NCBI GenBank assembly: GCA_965223545.1
Contig: OZ245006.1
Coordinates: 1,440,001 to 1,504,000 of the forward strand
Direction of reading: 5' to 3'
Source of the DNA: Planctomycetota bacterium
GTDB taxonomy: Bacteria > Planctomycetota > UBA1135 > UBA2386
Length of the DNA: 64,000 bases
Part shown: piece by piece, positions 20,051-29,512 of the stretch
Layout: every line of letters begins with the position of its first letter
Position numbering within the stretch: the first letter of the stretch is position 1
Notes under the pieces: generated by a model
What the model saw: only the letters and a program-made list of their open reading frames with translations
Databases searched by the model: none
Told to the model about the DNA's origin: nothing
Position numbers and translations under genes: made by a program

Positions 20051-21127
20051 TCAGTCGTCGATGGCGGCAGCCACCAGGCAGCCGCGGGCGACCGAGGTCA
20101 GGGCCTCCTCAGCGCGGAACACCCGACCGATCGGGATCGGGAAGTCGATCTTGGCGAACTCGTCGCGGAACACCTCGATGAAGCCGCCGATCATGCTGGT
20201 GCCACCGGCGCAGGCGATGTCGACCGGCTCGTTGAACGACGGCATGTTCTCGCCGCTCTCGAAACGGTGCTTGATGTTCTGCAGCAGGTAGCTGATCAGG
20301 TTGCGGTAGTAGATCGAGATGGCCTCTTCTTCGCGGTTCTTCGGATCGCGAATGTCGCCGGCCCGTTCCTTCAGCAGAGTCGCCTTCGACTGGCGAATGC
20401 CGAGCACGTTGGCGACGTTCTTGTCGATCCAGTCGCCGCCGCGCGCCACCGAGAACGACAGGCACGGGATCGACTTGTAGCAGACGCAGGCGTTGGCCAT
20501 GCCACCGCCGAACGACAGGCCGATGCCGGTGAAGTCGCTGTCGGCGAGCTCGGAGAACACCACCGCGTGGGCCTCGTTGATGGCCTTGCCGGTGTAGCCC
20601 ATCTTGCCGAGCATGCTCTCGAACAGGCCCTGGTGGTAGACCACGTTGTTGTCGACGTCGAGCGACTCGGCAGGCACCGAGAAGTAGCAGTTCTCACCCG
20701 GCTTCACGGGCTCACCGAGCACCTTCTGGATGATCAGCTTGATCATCGGCATCGCGTCGACCTCGTTGGGGCTGATCAGCCCGTCGGACATCGGTCGCCG
20801 GGTCTCCTTGCCGAAGACGTTGGCCAGCTCGAACGCCGCCTCGCCGATCACGACGAGCTTGCCGTTGTGCACGACGTAGGGCACCTTGAGCTTGGTCAGC
20901 ATGTTCTTGGAGTAGACATCGCTCTGGATGTCCAAGAACGCGTTGCGCTCGACGGCGACGGTCACGCCACCGCTCTGGTCCTGCATCGCCGCCGCCAGGT
21001 TGGCGGTGCCGATGTCCAGGCCCTTACCGAGCGCGACATCCGCCGAGCTCTCGACTGCGGCGCCACCGACGGCGCCCGGATCGTCCCAGTTCTGGTTTTG
21101 GTCGTCGTTGTGCATGTTGTCGCTCAT
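20051..21127 (-). CDS. Actin-fold ATPase, volactin-like
   Basis: GLDIGTAN (phosphate 1), ETRRPMSDG, FSVPA, INEAHAVVFSEL, GLSFGGGMAN (phosphate 2), VARGGDWID, CAGGTS (adenosine), SVARG. Confidence 0.85.
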   Translation of the reverse strand: MSDNMHNDDQNQNWDDPGAVGGAAVESSADVALGKGLDIGTANLAAAMQDQSGGVTVAVERNAFLDIQSDVYSKNMLTKLKVPYVVHNGKLVVIGEAAFELANVFGKETRRPMSDGLISPNEVDAMPMIKLIIQKVLGEPVKPGENCYFSVPAESLDVDNNVVYHQGLFESMLGKMGYTGKAINEAHAVVFSELADSDFTGIGLSFGGGMANACVCYKSIPCLSFSVARGGDWIDKNVANVLGIRQSKATLLKERAGDIRDPKNREEEAISIYYRNLISYLLQNIKHRFESGENMPSFNEPVDIACAGGTSMIGGFIEVFRDEFAKIDFPIPIGRVFRAEEALTSVARGCLVAAAIDD

Positions 21128-21153
21128 GACTGCTTGCAGCTGATCTCGCTCGA

Positions 21154-22797
21154 TCAGCCTCCTCCCTTCAGTTTCTTCAAGCGCGCCAGGTTGGCAGCGA
21201 TGCCCCCACCGGTCTTCTTCTTGACCTGGACGTCGTCCATGTTGGACTCCAAGTTCTCATCTTGTCCGTGGGCAAACAGGCCGTCGAAGCTGACGTCGCC
21301 GGCCTCCACGGCGCTGCTGATGCCCATCTTGCGGCCGAACTTCTCCAGCCGGTCGTTGATCGAACCGGCCAGCTTGTTCAGCGCTTCGCTGATCTCGGGG
21401 TCGGCGCCACCACCGCCTCCACCACCGCTCGCCGCGGCGGGGGCTGAAGCCGGCCCCGTGCCGGTCATCATCTTCGCCTTGAGCTCCGCCACCTCGGTCA
21501 TCAGCTTCATGACGAGTTCCGGGTTGACGTCGGGGCTGCTCAGCGCGGCGGCGAGCATCTGCTGCTCGGGCGAAGCCGCAACCGGGTCGACGGCGGGCGC
21601 GGCCGGGGCCTGCGGTGACACCGGCGCAGCGGGCGCAGGCGGCGCAGCAGGCGCTGCCGGCACAGCGGACGGCTCCTGCGCCGAGGGTTGCGCCAACGGC
21701 GTGGGTTGCGGAGCGGCGGTCGGCGCCACTGGGGCAGACGCCGCAGCGGTGGGCGGTGCCGACGCAGCCGGCGCAGGATCGGCCATCCGCATCGGCTCGT
21801 GGATCGGGCCCGACGACTCCGGCATCGGCTGCACGTTGTGCACCTTGTGGGTCGCCTGCAGCGCGGTGAACTTGGACAGATGGCTCTCCAGATCCGCGAG
21901 CTGATCGCGGAACACGTCGTTGCGAGATTGGGCGCGGGCCAGCTCGGCACGCGCGGTCTCGAGGTCTCGCGCGGCGCGGTCGCGGTCTTCGCAGGCCTGG
22001 CGGAACTCCTCCGCCATGCCCTCGCTGCCCGCCGTGGCCGGCGAGGCCTGCGCCTTGGCCAACGCGGCCTGCGCCCGCTCCAGCTCGGCGCGGGCGGCCT
22101 GCAGCTCGCCGCGCAGCTGCTCGACCTCGCGCTGCAGAGCGTCCCGCTCGGCCGCGACCTTGTCGAGCCCAACCCGCAACGACGCGGCATCACCGCCCGC
22201 CGCATCCAGCTTCTCAGCCATCGCGTCTCGCTCCTGCTGGGCCTGCTGCTGCGCCGACCGCGCGGCCTGCAGAGCCTTCTCGAGCTCCCCGGTCGCGTCG
22301 CTCCGGTCGGCTTCGCGCAGCTTTGAGGCAAAACCGTCGCGCTCGGTGCGCAACTGATCGAGCTCGCCGCGGAGTTGCTCGAGCTCGACTTGCAACTCGA
22401 CGACCTGGGTCTCGAACACATCGCCAGGCCGGCCGAGCTCATCGCCAAGAGAACCGCTGTCGCGCAGGCTCTGTAGCTCGCCGGTGAGTTGCTCGCACTG
22501 TTGGCGCAGCGCGACGATCTCCTCCTCCGCACGCTGCGCGTCGGCGGCCTCGTCCTGGCGCTCCTTGACCAGGTGCTTGAACTCCTGCTGGCTGCGCGCG
22601 ACCAGGAGATCGACCTCCTCGCGCGACATCAGGCCGGAGCCCTCGATGGCCTTCTGCACGGCTTCTTGCAGCATCGCCGCGATGTGCTCCGCACGGATCA
22701 CCTTGACCAACCGACGCCCCTGGCTCTTGAGGTCGTCCAGGGTCGTGGTGCGCGACCTGGCAGCAAGTGCCTGCTTGACGTCGACGATCGAATCCAT
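21154..22797 (-). CDS. Long coiled-coil protein with Pro/Ala linker and helical C-terminal domain
   Basis: Start re-placed at ATG 22797 (MDSIVDVKQAL) after AGGAGG; heptad-rich E/Q/L/A/R core; PAAPAAPP tract; ends 26 nt upstream of the actin gene. Confidence 0.8.
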   Translation of the reverse strand: MDSIVDVKQALAARSRTTTLDDLKSQGRRLVKVIRAEHIAAMLQEAVQKAIEGSGLMSREEVDLLVARSQQEFKHLVKERQDEAADAQRAEEEIVALRQQCEQLTGELQSLRDSGSLGDELGRPGDVFETQVVELQVELEQLRGELDQLRTERDGFASKLREADRSDATGELEKALQAARSAQQQAQQERDAMAEKLDAAGGDAASLRVGLDKVAAERDALQREVEQLRGELQAARAELERAQAALAKAQASPATAGSEGMAEEFRQACEDRDRAARDLETARAELARAQSRNDVFRDQLADLESHLSKFTALQATHKVHNVQPMPESSGPIHEPMRMADPAPAASAPPTAAASAPVAPTAAPQPTPLAQPSAQEPSAVPAAPAAPPAPAAPVSPQAPAAPAVDPVAASPEQQMLAAALSSPDVNPELVMKLMTEVAELKAKMMTGTGPASAPAAASGGGGGGGADPEISEALNKLAGSINDRLEKFGRKMGISSAVEAGDVSFDGLFAHGQDENLESNMDDVQVKKKTGGGIAANLARLKKLKGGG

Positions 22798-23132
22798 GCG
22801 CCTCCTGCCCTTTGCGGGCCCGGAAAAGACGCAAGCTTTGTCGACCCAGCGCCCCCGCCGACTTGAGCCACAGCGGGACGGGAGTTCCCGGGTCGAGGTC
22901 GACGGATGAGACGGCTCATCCCCGCGGCATTCCCGCGGCCGCGGGAAGCCACGCGAAACGGACCACAACGCCGCGGAATCCGACACACCGGCAGCCGGAC
23001 GGTCGCCGGCCAGTCGCGGTCGTCCTTTCAGATCGACCGGGTCTGCCGGTCAAGGATGTTCGCCCCCAGATGAGGCACTGTCTCTCCGGGACTCGGCTCC
23101 GGACGCCCGTGTAACCTCTCGGCCCCGGACGC

Positions 23133-23573
23133 TCAGAAGGGGATGTCGCCGAAATCGACCTGGTCGCCGCCGCCTGCTTGAGCACCCCCGCCGGAGGCCG
23201 CACGACCGCCGCCGCCGCCGCTACCGCCTTCGCGCGACTCACCGCTGCGGCCACCGACGAACTGGAAGTTCTCGATGATCACTTCGAGCTTGCTGCGCTT
23301 GCCTCCGTCTTGGCTCTCCCAGGTCGAGTACTCGAGCCGCCCTTCGACGAACAGAGGGCTGCCCTTGCCGATGTACTGGTTGAGCACTTCGGCCTGCCGC
23401 CCGAACGCGGTCAGATCGACGAAACAGGTGTTTTCCTTGGTCTCGCCGTTGGTGGTGTACTTGCGGTTGACGGCCATTCCGAGCTTGGCAACGGCGGTGC
23501 CTCCCTGCGTGTACCGCACCTCGACGTCGCGGGTGAGGTTGCCCATCAGGATGACCTTGTTGAAATTCGCCAT
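23133..23573 (-). CDS. ssb: Single-stranded DNA-binding protein
   Basis: MANFNKVILMGNLTRD...VEGRL; Gly-rich linker; C-terminal DIPF. Confidence 0.97.
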   Translation of the reverse strand: MANFNKVILMGNLTRDVEVRYTQGGTAVAKLGMAVNRKYTTNGETKENTCFVDLTAFGRQAEVLNQYIGKGSPLFVEGRLEYSTWESQDGGKRSKLEVIIENFQFVGGRSGESREGGSGGGGGRAASGGGAQAGGGDQVDFGDIPF

Positions 23574-23715
23574 GCTTCGCTCCGCTCTCGTTGCCGTCCT
23601 GAGTTGAAGTTCGTTCGCCTTGAATGGGCGATCGTAGCCCCGCCCCCACAGTCTTTGTATCCTGGCCGGCGCTTTCTCAGATGACCGGGCGGTCCACCAC
23701 GAGCAGGGAGGCTCG

Positions 23716-24063
23716 ATGACGACGAACAACGAACGGCGCGGCGCCCCGCGCGCCGCCGCGCAGCTGCCGCTGCGGCTGTCCCCCGATGCAGAGGCGCAGC
23801 CGGCAACTCTCAAGGATCTTTCCACATCCGGTCTGTGTTGCCGCTACGGCGAGCCCGTCACCGAGATGACCCTGATGGGGATCCAGCTCGAGCTGCCGGG
23901 ACAAGAACAAGCGCACGCCCTGCGCGGCGTCGTCGTGCGCTGCGAGAAGCTGCGCGGCGTCAACCCGCCGACCTACGAGATCGCGATCTACTTCACCGAG
24001 GTGCCGGCGGCGACGCGACAGGCGATCGGCGCGTTCGTCGAGGCCCAGCTGGAAGCCGTCTGA
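23716..24063 (+). CDS. Stand-alone PilZ-domain protein
   Basis: RxxxR (ERRGAPR) and DxSxxG (DLSTSG) motifs; GGAGG SD. Confidence 0.85.
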   Translation: MTTNNERRGAPRAAAQLPLRLSPDAEAQPATLKDLSTSGLCCRYGEPVTEMTLMGIQLELPGQEQAHALRGVVVRCEKLRGVNPPTYEIAIYFTEVPAATRQAIGAFVEAQLEAV

Positions 24064-24095
24064 GGCCAACCTCGGGCCGTCTCAGAACAGCGGCC

Positions 24096-24974
24096 TCAGG
24101 ACCGCCGTCGCGCGGACAGGTACCGCGGCAGGCCAGCGGCGTCGTATTCGAGAGTGGCATCGGTCAGAAACGGCGCCGCGCGCAGGAGCGCGAGGGCCGG
24201 CTCCGCGGCGCCGACGCCGGTCTCCAACCACAGCCAGCCGCCCGGCCGCAGCGCGTGCTCGGCCCCGGCGATCAGGGCGGCGTAGGCGGACGCCGGTTCG
24301 CCGGGCCGCGTATAGAGGGCGACCGCCGGCTCGTGCGCCGCGACCTCGGGCGCCAGCAAATCGGTGCGCTCGGGGTCGACGTACGGCGGATTGCTGATCA
24401 GGGCGTCGAAGGGTCCATGCGGGGTGAGGGGTTGCCAGTCGGCGCCCTCGTAGAGACGCACGCGGTCGGCGAGCCGGTGGCGCTCCACATTGCGGCGCGC
24501 CACTGCCAGCGCCGCGGCGCTGACGTCACTGGCGGCGACGGTCACGTCGTCCCGCTCGCTCGCCAACGCCACCGCGATCGCCCCGCTGCCGGTGCCGATC
24601 TCGGCGCAGTGCGCCGAGCCCGGTAGCCCCGCCACCGCGCGTTCGACCAAACCCTCGGTCTCGGGCCGCGGCACCAGCACCGCCTCGTCGACGTACAGGG
24701 TCAGGTCGCGAAAGTCCCACTCGCCGAGCAGGTAGGCGAGCGGCACGCCCGTCGCGCGCCGCGCGACCAGGGGCCGCAACGCTGCGCGCTCGGCCTCCGC
24801 CAGCGGGCGATCGTGGGCCAGGTAGAGCTGCAGCCGCGGCAGCCCCAGCACCGCGCCGAGCAGCAGCTCGGCGCTGTAGCGCGGGGCGTCGACGCGGCGC
24901 CCGGCGAGGTAGCCCTCGGCGGCGCGCAGCACGCCCAGCACGGTGTCGGGGCGGGCGCTCTCGGTCTCGCTCAG
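24096..24974 (-). CDS. prmC: Release factor glutamine methyltransferase
   Basis: PLAYLLG, LVPRPETE, EIGTGSGAI, SNPPY; start is GTG 24941 or CTG 24974. Confidence 0.95.
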   Translation of the reverse strand: MSETESARPDTVLGVLRAAEGYLAGRRVDAPRYSAELLLGAVLGLPRLQLYLAHDRPLAEAERAALRPLVARRATGVPLAYLLGEWDFRDLTLYVDEAVLVPRPETEGLVERAVAGLPGSAHCAEIGTGSGAIAVALASERDDVTVAASDVSAAALAVARRNVERHRLADRVRLYEGADWQPLTPHGPFDALISNPPYVDPERTDLLAPEVAAHEPAVALYTRPGEPASAYAALIAGAEHALRPGGWLWLETGVGAAEPALALLRAAPFLTDATLEYDAAGLPRYLSARRRS

Positions 24975-25657
24975 CGGCGGCGACCGCTGCTGCGCGCGGC
25001 CTTGTCTTGCTTGATCTTCTTGGCGCCACCGACGATGCCGAGCACGAAGTAGAGCTCGACCAGGAACGCGCCGAAGAACACGAACAGCTTGCCCGGGCCG
25101 AAGTAGCGCAGGAAGTTGCCGATCTTGACGAACCGGTCCGGGTCCTCGCGATCCACGAGGGTGCTGAACAGATCACCCCAATCGGTCACCAACTTGCCGC
25201 CCTCGGCGGCGAACGCGGCAACCGCCGGCTCGTCCCAAGCACTCACCAGCTTGAAGATGCCCCAGACGAACGGCAGGAACGCGAGGCCGATGAACTTCAT
25301 CGTCGGCGGCCGGCCGTGGCTGATGGCGCCCCAGGCCGTCCAGATCAAGCCACCGCCGATGATGAAGAACAACCCACCGCTGAACGTCTTGTAGCCGGCC
25401 ATCTCCCACTGCGGCCCGAACGGCATCAGGCAGCCCATGGCGATGAGCACGCCGGCGAACAGGAAGCGGTACCACTCCTTGGACGCAGTGCGGCTGTAGA
25501 ACGGCGCCGGCAGGCCCGAGGACATCACCACGTGCTGCGGGCCGCTGGCGCGGGGGGCGGCTTCGGCCAGCGCCTGGCCGGCGTCGGCCGGCGCGGGCGC
25601 GAGTTCCTCCAGCGGCTCCAGCTCTTCCAGCTCGGGCACGTTGCTCGATTCGGTCAT
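24971..25657 (-). CDS. Integral membrane protein of unknown function (about 4 TM)
   Basis: GGAG SD; acidic N-terminus, hydrophobic helices, basic tail. Confidence 0.75.
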   Translation of the reverse strand: MTESSNVPELEELEPLEELAPAPADAGQALAEAAPRASGPQHVVMSSGLPAPFYSRTASKEWYRFLFAGVLIAMGCLMPFGPQWEMAGYKTFSGGLFFIIGGGLIWTAWGAISHGRPPTMKFIGLAFLPFVWGIFKLVSAWDEPAVAAFAAEGGKLVTDWGDLFSTLVDREDPDRFVKIGNFLRYFGPGKLFVFFGAFLVELYFVLGIVGGAKKIKQDKAARSSGRRR

Positions 25658-25784
25658 CGTTCTTCTTTTCTCCAATGGGACGAGGGGGGACAAGAGAATG
25701 GGCGGGTCGGCGGCGACGGCACGGGCAACGCCAACGACGCAGAGTGTGCCGCGGTTGGGCCCGATCCGGGCGTTCTTTGCCGCC

Positions 25785-25824
25785 AAAAATGCGCCGGCCC
25801 CCGCCGGGCTGAGGCCCGGGCGCA
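25785..25824 (-). terminator. Possible intrinsic terminator after prfA
   Basis: Imperfect GC stem TGCGCCCGGGCC...GGCCGGCGCA followed by TTTTT on the minus strand. Confidence 0.4.
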
Positions 25825-25833
25825 GCGCCGCGG

Positions 25834-26916
25834 TCAGAGCTCCTCGATGCGCGCCTCCCGGTCGGCGCGCAGCAGCGCCTGCATGACCGGCTCCAGGCCG
25901 CCGGCCATCACCTGGGCCAGCGCGAAGTTCTTCCCGATGCGGTGGTCGGTGACCCGGTTTTGCGGGAAATTGTAGGTGCGGATCCGCATGTTGCGATCGC
26001 CGCTGCCGACCTGCGACTTTCGCTCCTGCGCACGCGCGCTCTGCAGCCGTTGCTGCTCGGCTTCGTAGAGCCGCGAGCGCAGCAACTTGAGTGCCTTGGC
26101 GCGGTTCTTGTGCTGCGACCGCTCTTCCTGGCAGAACACGACCAACCCCGACGGCCTGTGCGTCAACCGCACCGCCGAGGCCACCTTGTTGACGTTCTGA
26201 CCACCGGGGCCCGAGGAGTGCGTCGCCTGGAACTCCAAGTCGCCGTCCTTGATCTCCACCTCGACATCCTCTGCCTCCGGCAGCACCGCGACCGTCGCGG
26301 CCGAGGTGTGGATCCGCCCCTGCGACTCGGTGGCCGGCACGCGCTGCACGCGATGCCCCCCGCTCTCGAACCGCAGGAACTTGAACACCTGCTCGCCACT
26401 GACCGTGACGATCACCTCCTTCAAGCCGTCGCGCTCGGAACGGGAATCCGAGATCGGCTCGACCTTCCAGCCCATCTGCTCGGCGTAGTGCGAGTACATC
26501 TCGAGCAGGTCACGAGCCCAAAGCGCCGCCTCCTCGCCGCCGGTGCCGGCGCGGATCTCGAGGATCGCGTTGCGCCCGCCGTCGCTGGCCTCGGCCAACA
26601 GGTCGTCGACCAGCGCGTCGGCGAGCTCGGTCGCCCGCGCCCGCAGCGCCGGCTGCTCGGCGGCGGCCAACTCGCGCAGCTCCGGATCGCCACCCGGCGC
26701 CAGCAGCTCTTCGGCCTCGGCCAGCTGGGTCACGACCTCGCGGTAGTCCTGGTAGCGCGCCACGGTGGCCCGCAACCCGCCGATCTCGCGCTGCATCGCG
26801 GCGAGCTGCCGCGACTGCGCCATCTCGGGTTGCGCGGCGCGATCCATCAGCTCGTCGAGGCGCGCGACCATCCGGTCCAGACGCGCCGCGATCCTGGGAC
26901 GCAGCAGCTCGGTCAC
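25834..26916 (-). CDS. prfA: Peptide chain release factor 1
   Basis: [22 protein letters not shown] (PxT), [22 protein letters not shown]. Confidence 0.97.
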   Translation of the reverse strand: MTELLRPRIAARLDRMVARLDELMDRAAQPEMAQSRQLAAMQREIGGLRATVARYQDYREVVTQLAEAEELLAPGGDPELRELAAAEQPALRARATELADALVDDLLAEASDGGRNAILEIRAGTGGEEAALWARDLLEMYSHYAEQMGWKVEPISDSRSERDGLKEVIVTVSGEQVFKFLRFESGGHRVQRVPATESQGRIHTSAATVAVLPEAEDVEVEIKDGDLEFQATHSSGPGGQNVNKVASAVRLTHRPSGLVVFCQEERSQHKNRAKALKLLRSRLYEAEQQRLQSARAQERKSQVGSGDRNMRIRTYNFPQNRVTDHRIGKNFALAQVMAGGLEPVMQALLRADREARIEEL

Positions 26917-26962
26917 CGCGAACCTCTACGCAGATCGCGAACGCGGCGCATCGGCCACGCCT

Positions 26963-27169
26963 CTAAGACGTCTTCTTCGCGTAGCGGCGGCGGAACTTGT
27001 CGACGCGGCCCGCGGTGTCCACGAACTTCTGGTTGCCGGTGTAGAACGGATGGCACGCCGAGCAGATGTCGACCTTGATCGCTTCGCGGACGCTGCGCGT
27101 TTCGAACGTGTTGCCGCACGCGCAGCTGACCGTGCAGGTGACGTATTCGGGGTGGATGCCGGACTTCAT
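26963..27169 (-). CDS. rpmE: 50S ribosomal protein L31 (Zn-binding type)
   Basis: [29 protein letters not shown]. Confidence 0.97.
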   Translation of the reverse strand: MKSGIHPEYVTCTVSCACGNTFETRSVREAIKVDICSACHPFYTGNQKFVDTAGRVDKFRRRYAKKTS

Positions 27170-27269
27170 CGGTGAGAGCGGGCCGGCCCGTGGGAGCCAG
27201 CCGTAAAAAACGGGCCGCGCACTGTAAGCCGGCGCGGGCGAAGTTCAAGCGCGGCCAGGCGTCCCGGCC

Positions 27270-27761
27270 TCAGCGGAGCCAGCGCAGCAGGATCCGCCGG
27301 GCCCACGCCGGCGCGTGGACGCCGACCGGCAGCAGCTGATCGGCGCGCAACCCCTGGCCGGCGGAGAGCCTTCCCAACAGCTCGAGCAGCGCCGCCCGGG
27401 CCGGGGGCCCGAGGGCGGCGAGCCCGGTGTCGGGCAGCACCAGCGCCGGCGCGAGCCAGCGTTCTCCCGGGCTCTCGGCCACCGGCGGCCCCCGCCGCAG
27501 GCGGGCGCGCCCCTCCGCGTCCAGCTCCACGACCGGGCCGGCGCCGGCCGGCAGCGCTGCGTCGGGCCCGGCGAGCAGGACGAACCAAACCCCGGGTGAG
27601 TCGAGCTCGGCCAACAGCGCACCGTTGTCCGGGCGCGCATCGACCTCGGGGGCGGCGGCCTCCACCGGCGCTTCTCGCATCAGCAGGGCGTGCAAGCCGA
27701 ACACCAACAGCGAGCCCAGCAGCAGGCCGGCGAACAGGCGAAGCGCGAGACCGTCGATCAC
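27270..27761 (-). CDS. Membrane-anchored hypothetical protein
   Basis: GTG start overlapping the maf stop (GTGA); N-terminal TM. Confidence 0.6.
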   Translation of the reverse strand: MIDGLALRLFAGLLLGSLLVFGLHALLMREAPVEAAAPEVDARPDNGALLAELDSPGVWFVLLAGPDAALPAGAGPVVELDAEGRARLRRGPPVAESPGERWLAPALVLPDTGLAALGPPARAALLELLGRLSAGQGLRADQLLPVGVHAPAWARRILLRWLR

Positions 27762-28318
27762 GGCCGCCCCTCGCTCGCCGCGCGCAGCAAGCGCCGCACG
27801 GCCACCACCGACAGGCCGACGACGGTGTCGAAGTCCCCCTCGACCAGGGTGACGAACGCCCCGGCCTCGGCCTGGATGCCATAGCCGCCGGCGAGCCCGG
27901 TCCAAGCGCCACTGTCGAGGTACGCCTCGCGCTGTTGCGGCGCGAGCGTCGCCACGCGCACGACGGAGGTCGCAAGCTGCTCCGCGCGGACCACCCCGCC
28001 AACCGCGAGACAGTGCCCGGTGTGCACGCGGTGCTGGCGCCCCTGCAACAACTCCAGCATGCGCGCCGCGTCGGCCCGGTCGCGCGGCTTACCGAGCTCG
28101 ACCCCATCGCAATCGACGACGGTGTCGACCCCCAGCACGGGGCTGCCATCCCGCGGCGGCGGAGCCCCCACCGCTTTGGCGCGCGCGCGCTGCCCGGCCC
28201 GCTGCACAGGGCCACCACTGCCCTCCGGTTCGGGCCCGGGCGGCAGCGGGGCAAACGCGATCCCCGCTTCGGTCAGCAACCGAGCGCGGCGCGGCGACGT
28301 CGACGCGAGGTAGAGCAT
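27758..28318 (-). CDS. maf: Maf-family nucleotide pyrophosphatase
   Basis: LYLASTSPRR, GVDTVV, LGKP, HRVHTG, AGGYGIQ, VVGL. Confidence 0.93.
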   Translation of the reverse strand: MLYLASTSPRRARLLTEAGIAFAPLPPGPEPEGSGGPVQRAGQRARAKAVGAPPPRDGSPVLGVDTVVDCDGVELGKPRDRADAARMLELLQGRQHRVHTGHCLAVGGVVRAEQLATSVVRVATLAPQQREAYLDSGAWTGLAGGYGIQAEAGAFVTLVEGDFDTVVGLSVVAVRRLLRAASEGRP

Positions 28319-28392
28319 GCGGCGTGTCCCCGCGTGATGATGCCCGACGATGCGACGCGGCGCTACATCACGCCGCCGCGGCGTTCCGCGGC

Positions 28393-29133
28393 CTACCGTC
28401 CGCGCTTGCGCTGCGCCAACCGCACCACCGAGAGGGCCGGCGACAGCACGGGTTTGGTACGGACCTTGTCGCTGTCGGGGCCGACGGCAAACGGCAGATG
28501 GCCGAACGGCGCCAGCGCCTCGGCCAGGGTGCCGACCATGGTGACCACGTGCGAAGCGGTCGGGTCGAGCCCGAGGCGCTGCTGCACGCGCACGGTCGAA
28601 CGCGGCGAGAACAGGCACTCTTCGAACAGCATCAGCTGCACGAGAAACTCCTGCATCGGCGGCGTGATCGCCGGCACGCGGACGAAGAAGTGACCGCGAT
28701 CGGTCACCGTCGTCTCGCGCAGGAACTCGAGGGTGACGCCGTTCTGGTCGTTGTAGATCTGACCGATGGTGTCGCGCACCGCCGTGCAGCGGGCGAAGAG
28801 ATCGGGGATCTGCAGATCAGAGAGCAGGTCTTCGACTTCGAACGCCTCGGTGACCCGCAGCTCGTTGCGGTCGACGAAGCCCTGCTCCATGCGCTGCAGG
28901 GCGAGCTGGCCGTAGCCGCAAGGCAAGCCCTCGGCGAGGATGAAGTGCATCAACGCCGCCACCAGATCGCCGCCGCGCGGCTCCTCGGGAGGCGTCAGCG
29001 AGCGGACGACCTCGAGGACCTCCTCGGTGACCCGCTTGCAGTTGGCCGCCGTTGGCGGCAGCGCCTCGCGCGGGTCCGGAGGGGCGGAGACCGCCGCTTT
29101 GCCGCGGCTCTTCTTCTTGGCAGCCAACGACAA
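28393..29133 (-). CDS. Degenerate endonuclease III / HhH-GPD-like protein
   Basis: FVDRNELRV...IGQIYNDQN...LEFL...VRVQQRLGL pattern; no Fe-S cysteines. Confidence 0.5.
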   Translation of the reverse strand: MSLAAKKKSRGKAAVSAPPDPREALPPTAANCKRVTEEVLEVVRSLTPPEEPRGGDLVAALMHFILAEGLPCGYGQLALQRMEQGFVDRNELRVTEAFEVEDLLSDLQIPDLFARCTAVRDTIGQIYNDQNGVTLEFLRETTVTDRGHFFVRVPAITPPMQEFLVQLMLFEECLFSPRSTVRVQQRLGLDPTASHVVTMVGTLAEALAPFGHLPFAVGPDSDKVRTKPVLSPALSVVRLAQRKRGR

Positions 29134-29140
29134 CCGATCC

Positions 29141-29512
29141 TCAGCTGTCCTCGGCCGGGGCAGCGGCCGCGGTGGCGCCCTTCTTCGCCCCCTTCTTGCG
29201 CGGCGGGACGAACGGCTTCGGCTTCGCCTTGCTCTTGCCGCGGACTCGCTTCTTCTTCACCGGCAACTCGATGCCGACCCTGGCGATCAGGCTGCGGGCG
29301 GTCTCGGACGGCTGGGCGCCCACCGACAACCAATGCGACACGCGTTCGCCGTTCAGCTTGACCTGGTCGTCAGCGCGCTTGGCCTTCGGCAGGTAGTAGC
29401 CGAGGGTCTCGATCACGCGGCCGTCCCGCGGCGAGCGGGAATCGGCGGCGCACAGCCGGTAGGTGGGGTGATTGAGGCGACCGAAGCGCTTCAGGCGCAG
29501 CTTGACGACCAA
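29141..29512 (-). CDS. rpsP: 30S ribosomal protein S16
   Basis: TTG start; KLRLKRFGR...YRL...DSRSPRDGRVIETLGYY...GAQPSET. Confidence 0.97.
   Translation of the reverse strand: MVVKLRLKRFGRLNHPTYRLCAADSRSPRDGRVIETLGYYLPKAKRADDQVKLNGERVSHWLSVGAQPSETARSLIARVGIELPVKKKRVRGKSKAKPKPFVPPRKKGAKKGATAAAAPAEDS

Noticed and set aside
20051..21127. Calling the actin gene mreB, ftsA or mamK
   Set aside because: Motif details differ and none of the expected neighbours (mreCD, dcw, magnetosome genes) are present
23085..23132. 15-nt imperfect direct repeat downstream of ssb
   Set aside because: Two short GC-rich copies only; could arise by chance or be part of a terminator region
27270..27761. Degenerate N-acetylmuramoyl-L-alanine amidase
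   Set aside because: Only a faint pattern resemblance; Zn-binding His residues not identifiable
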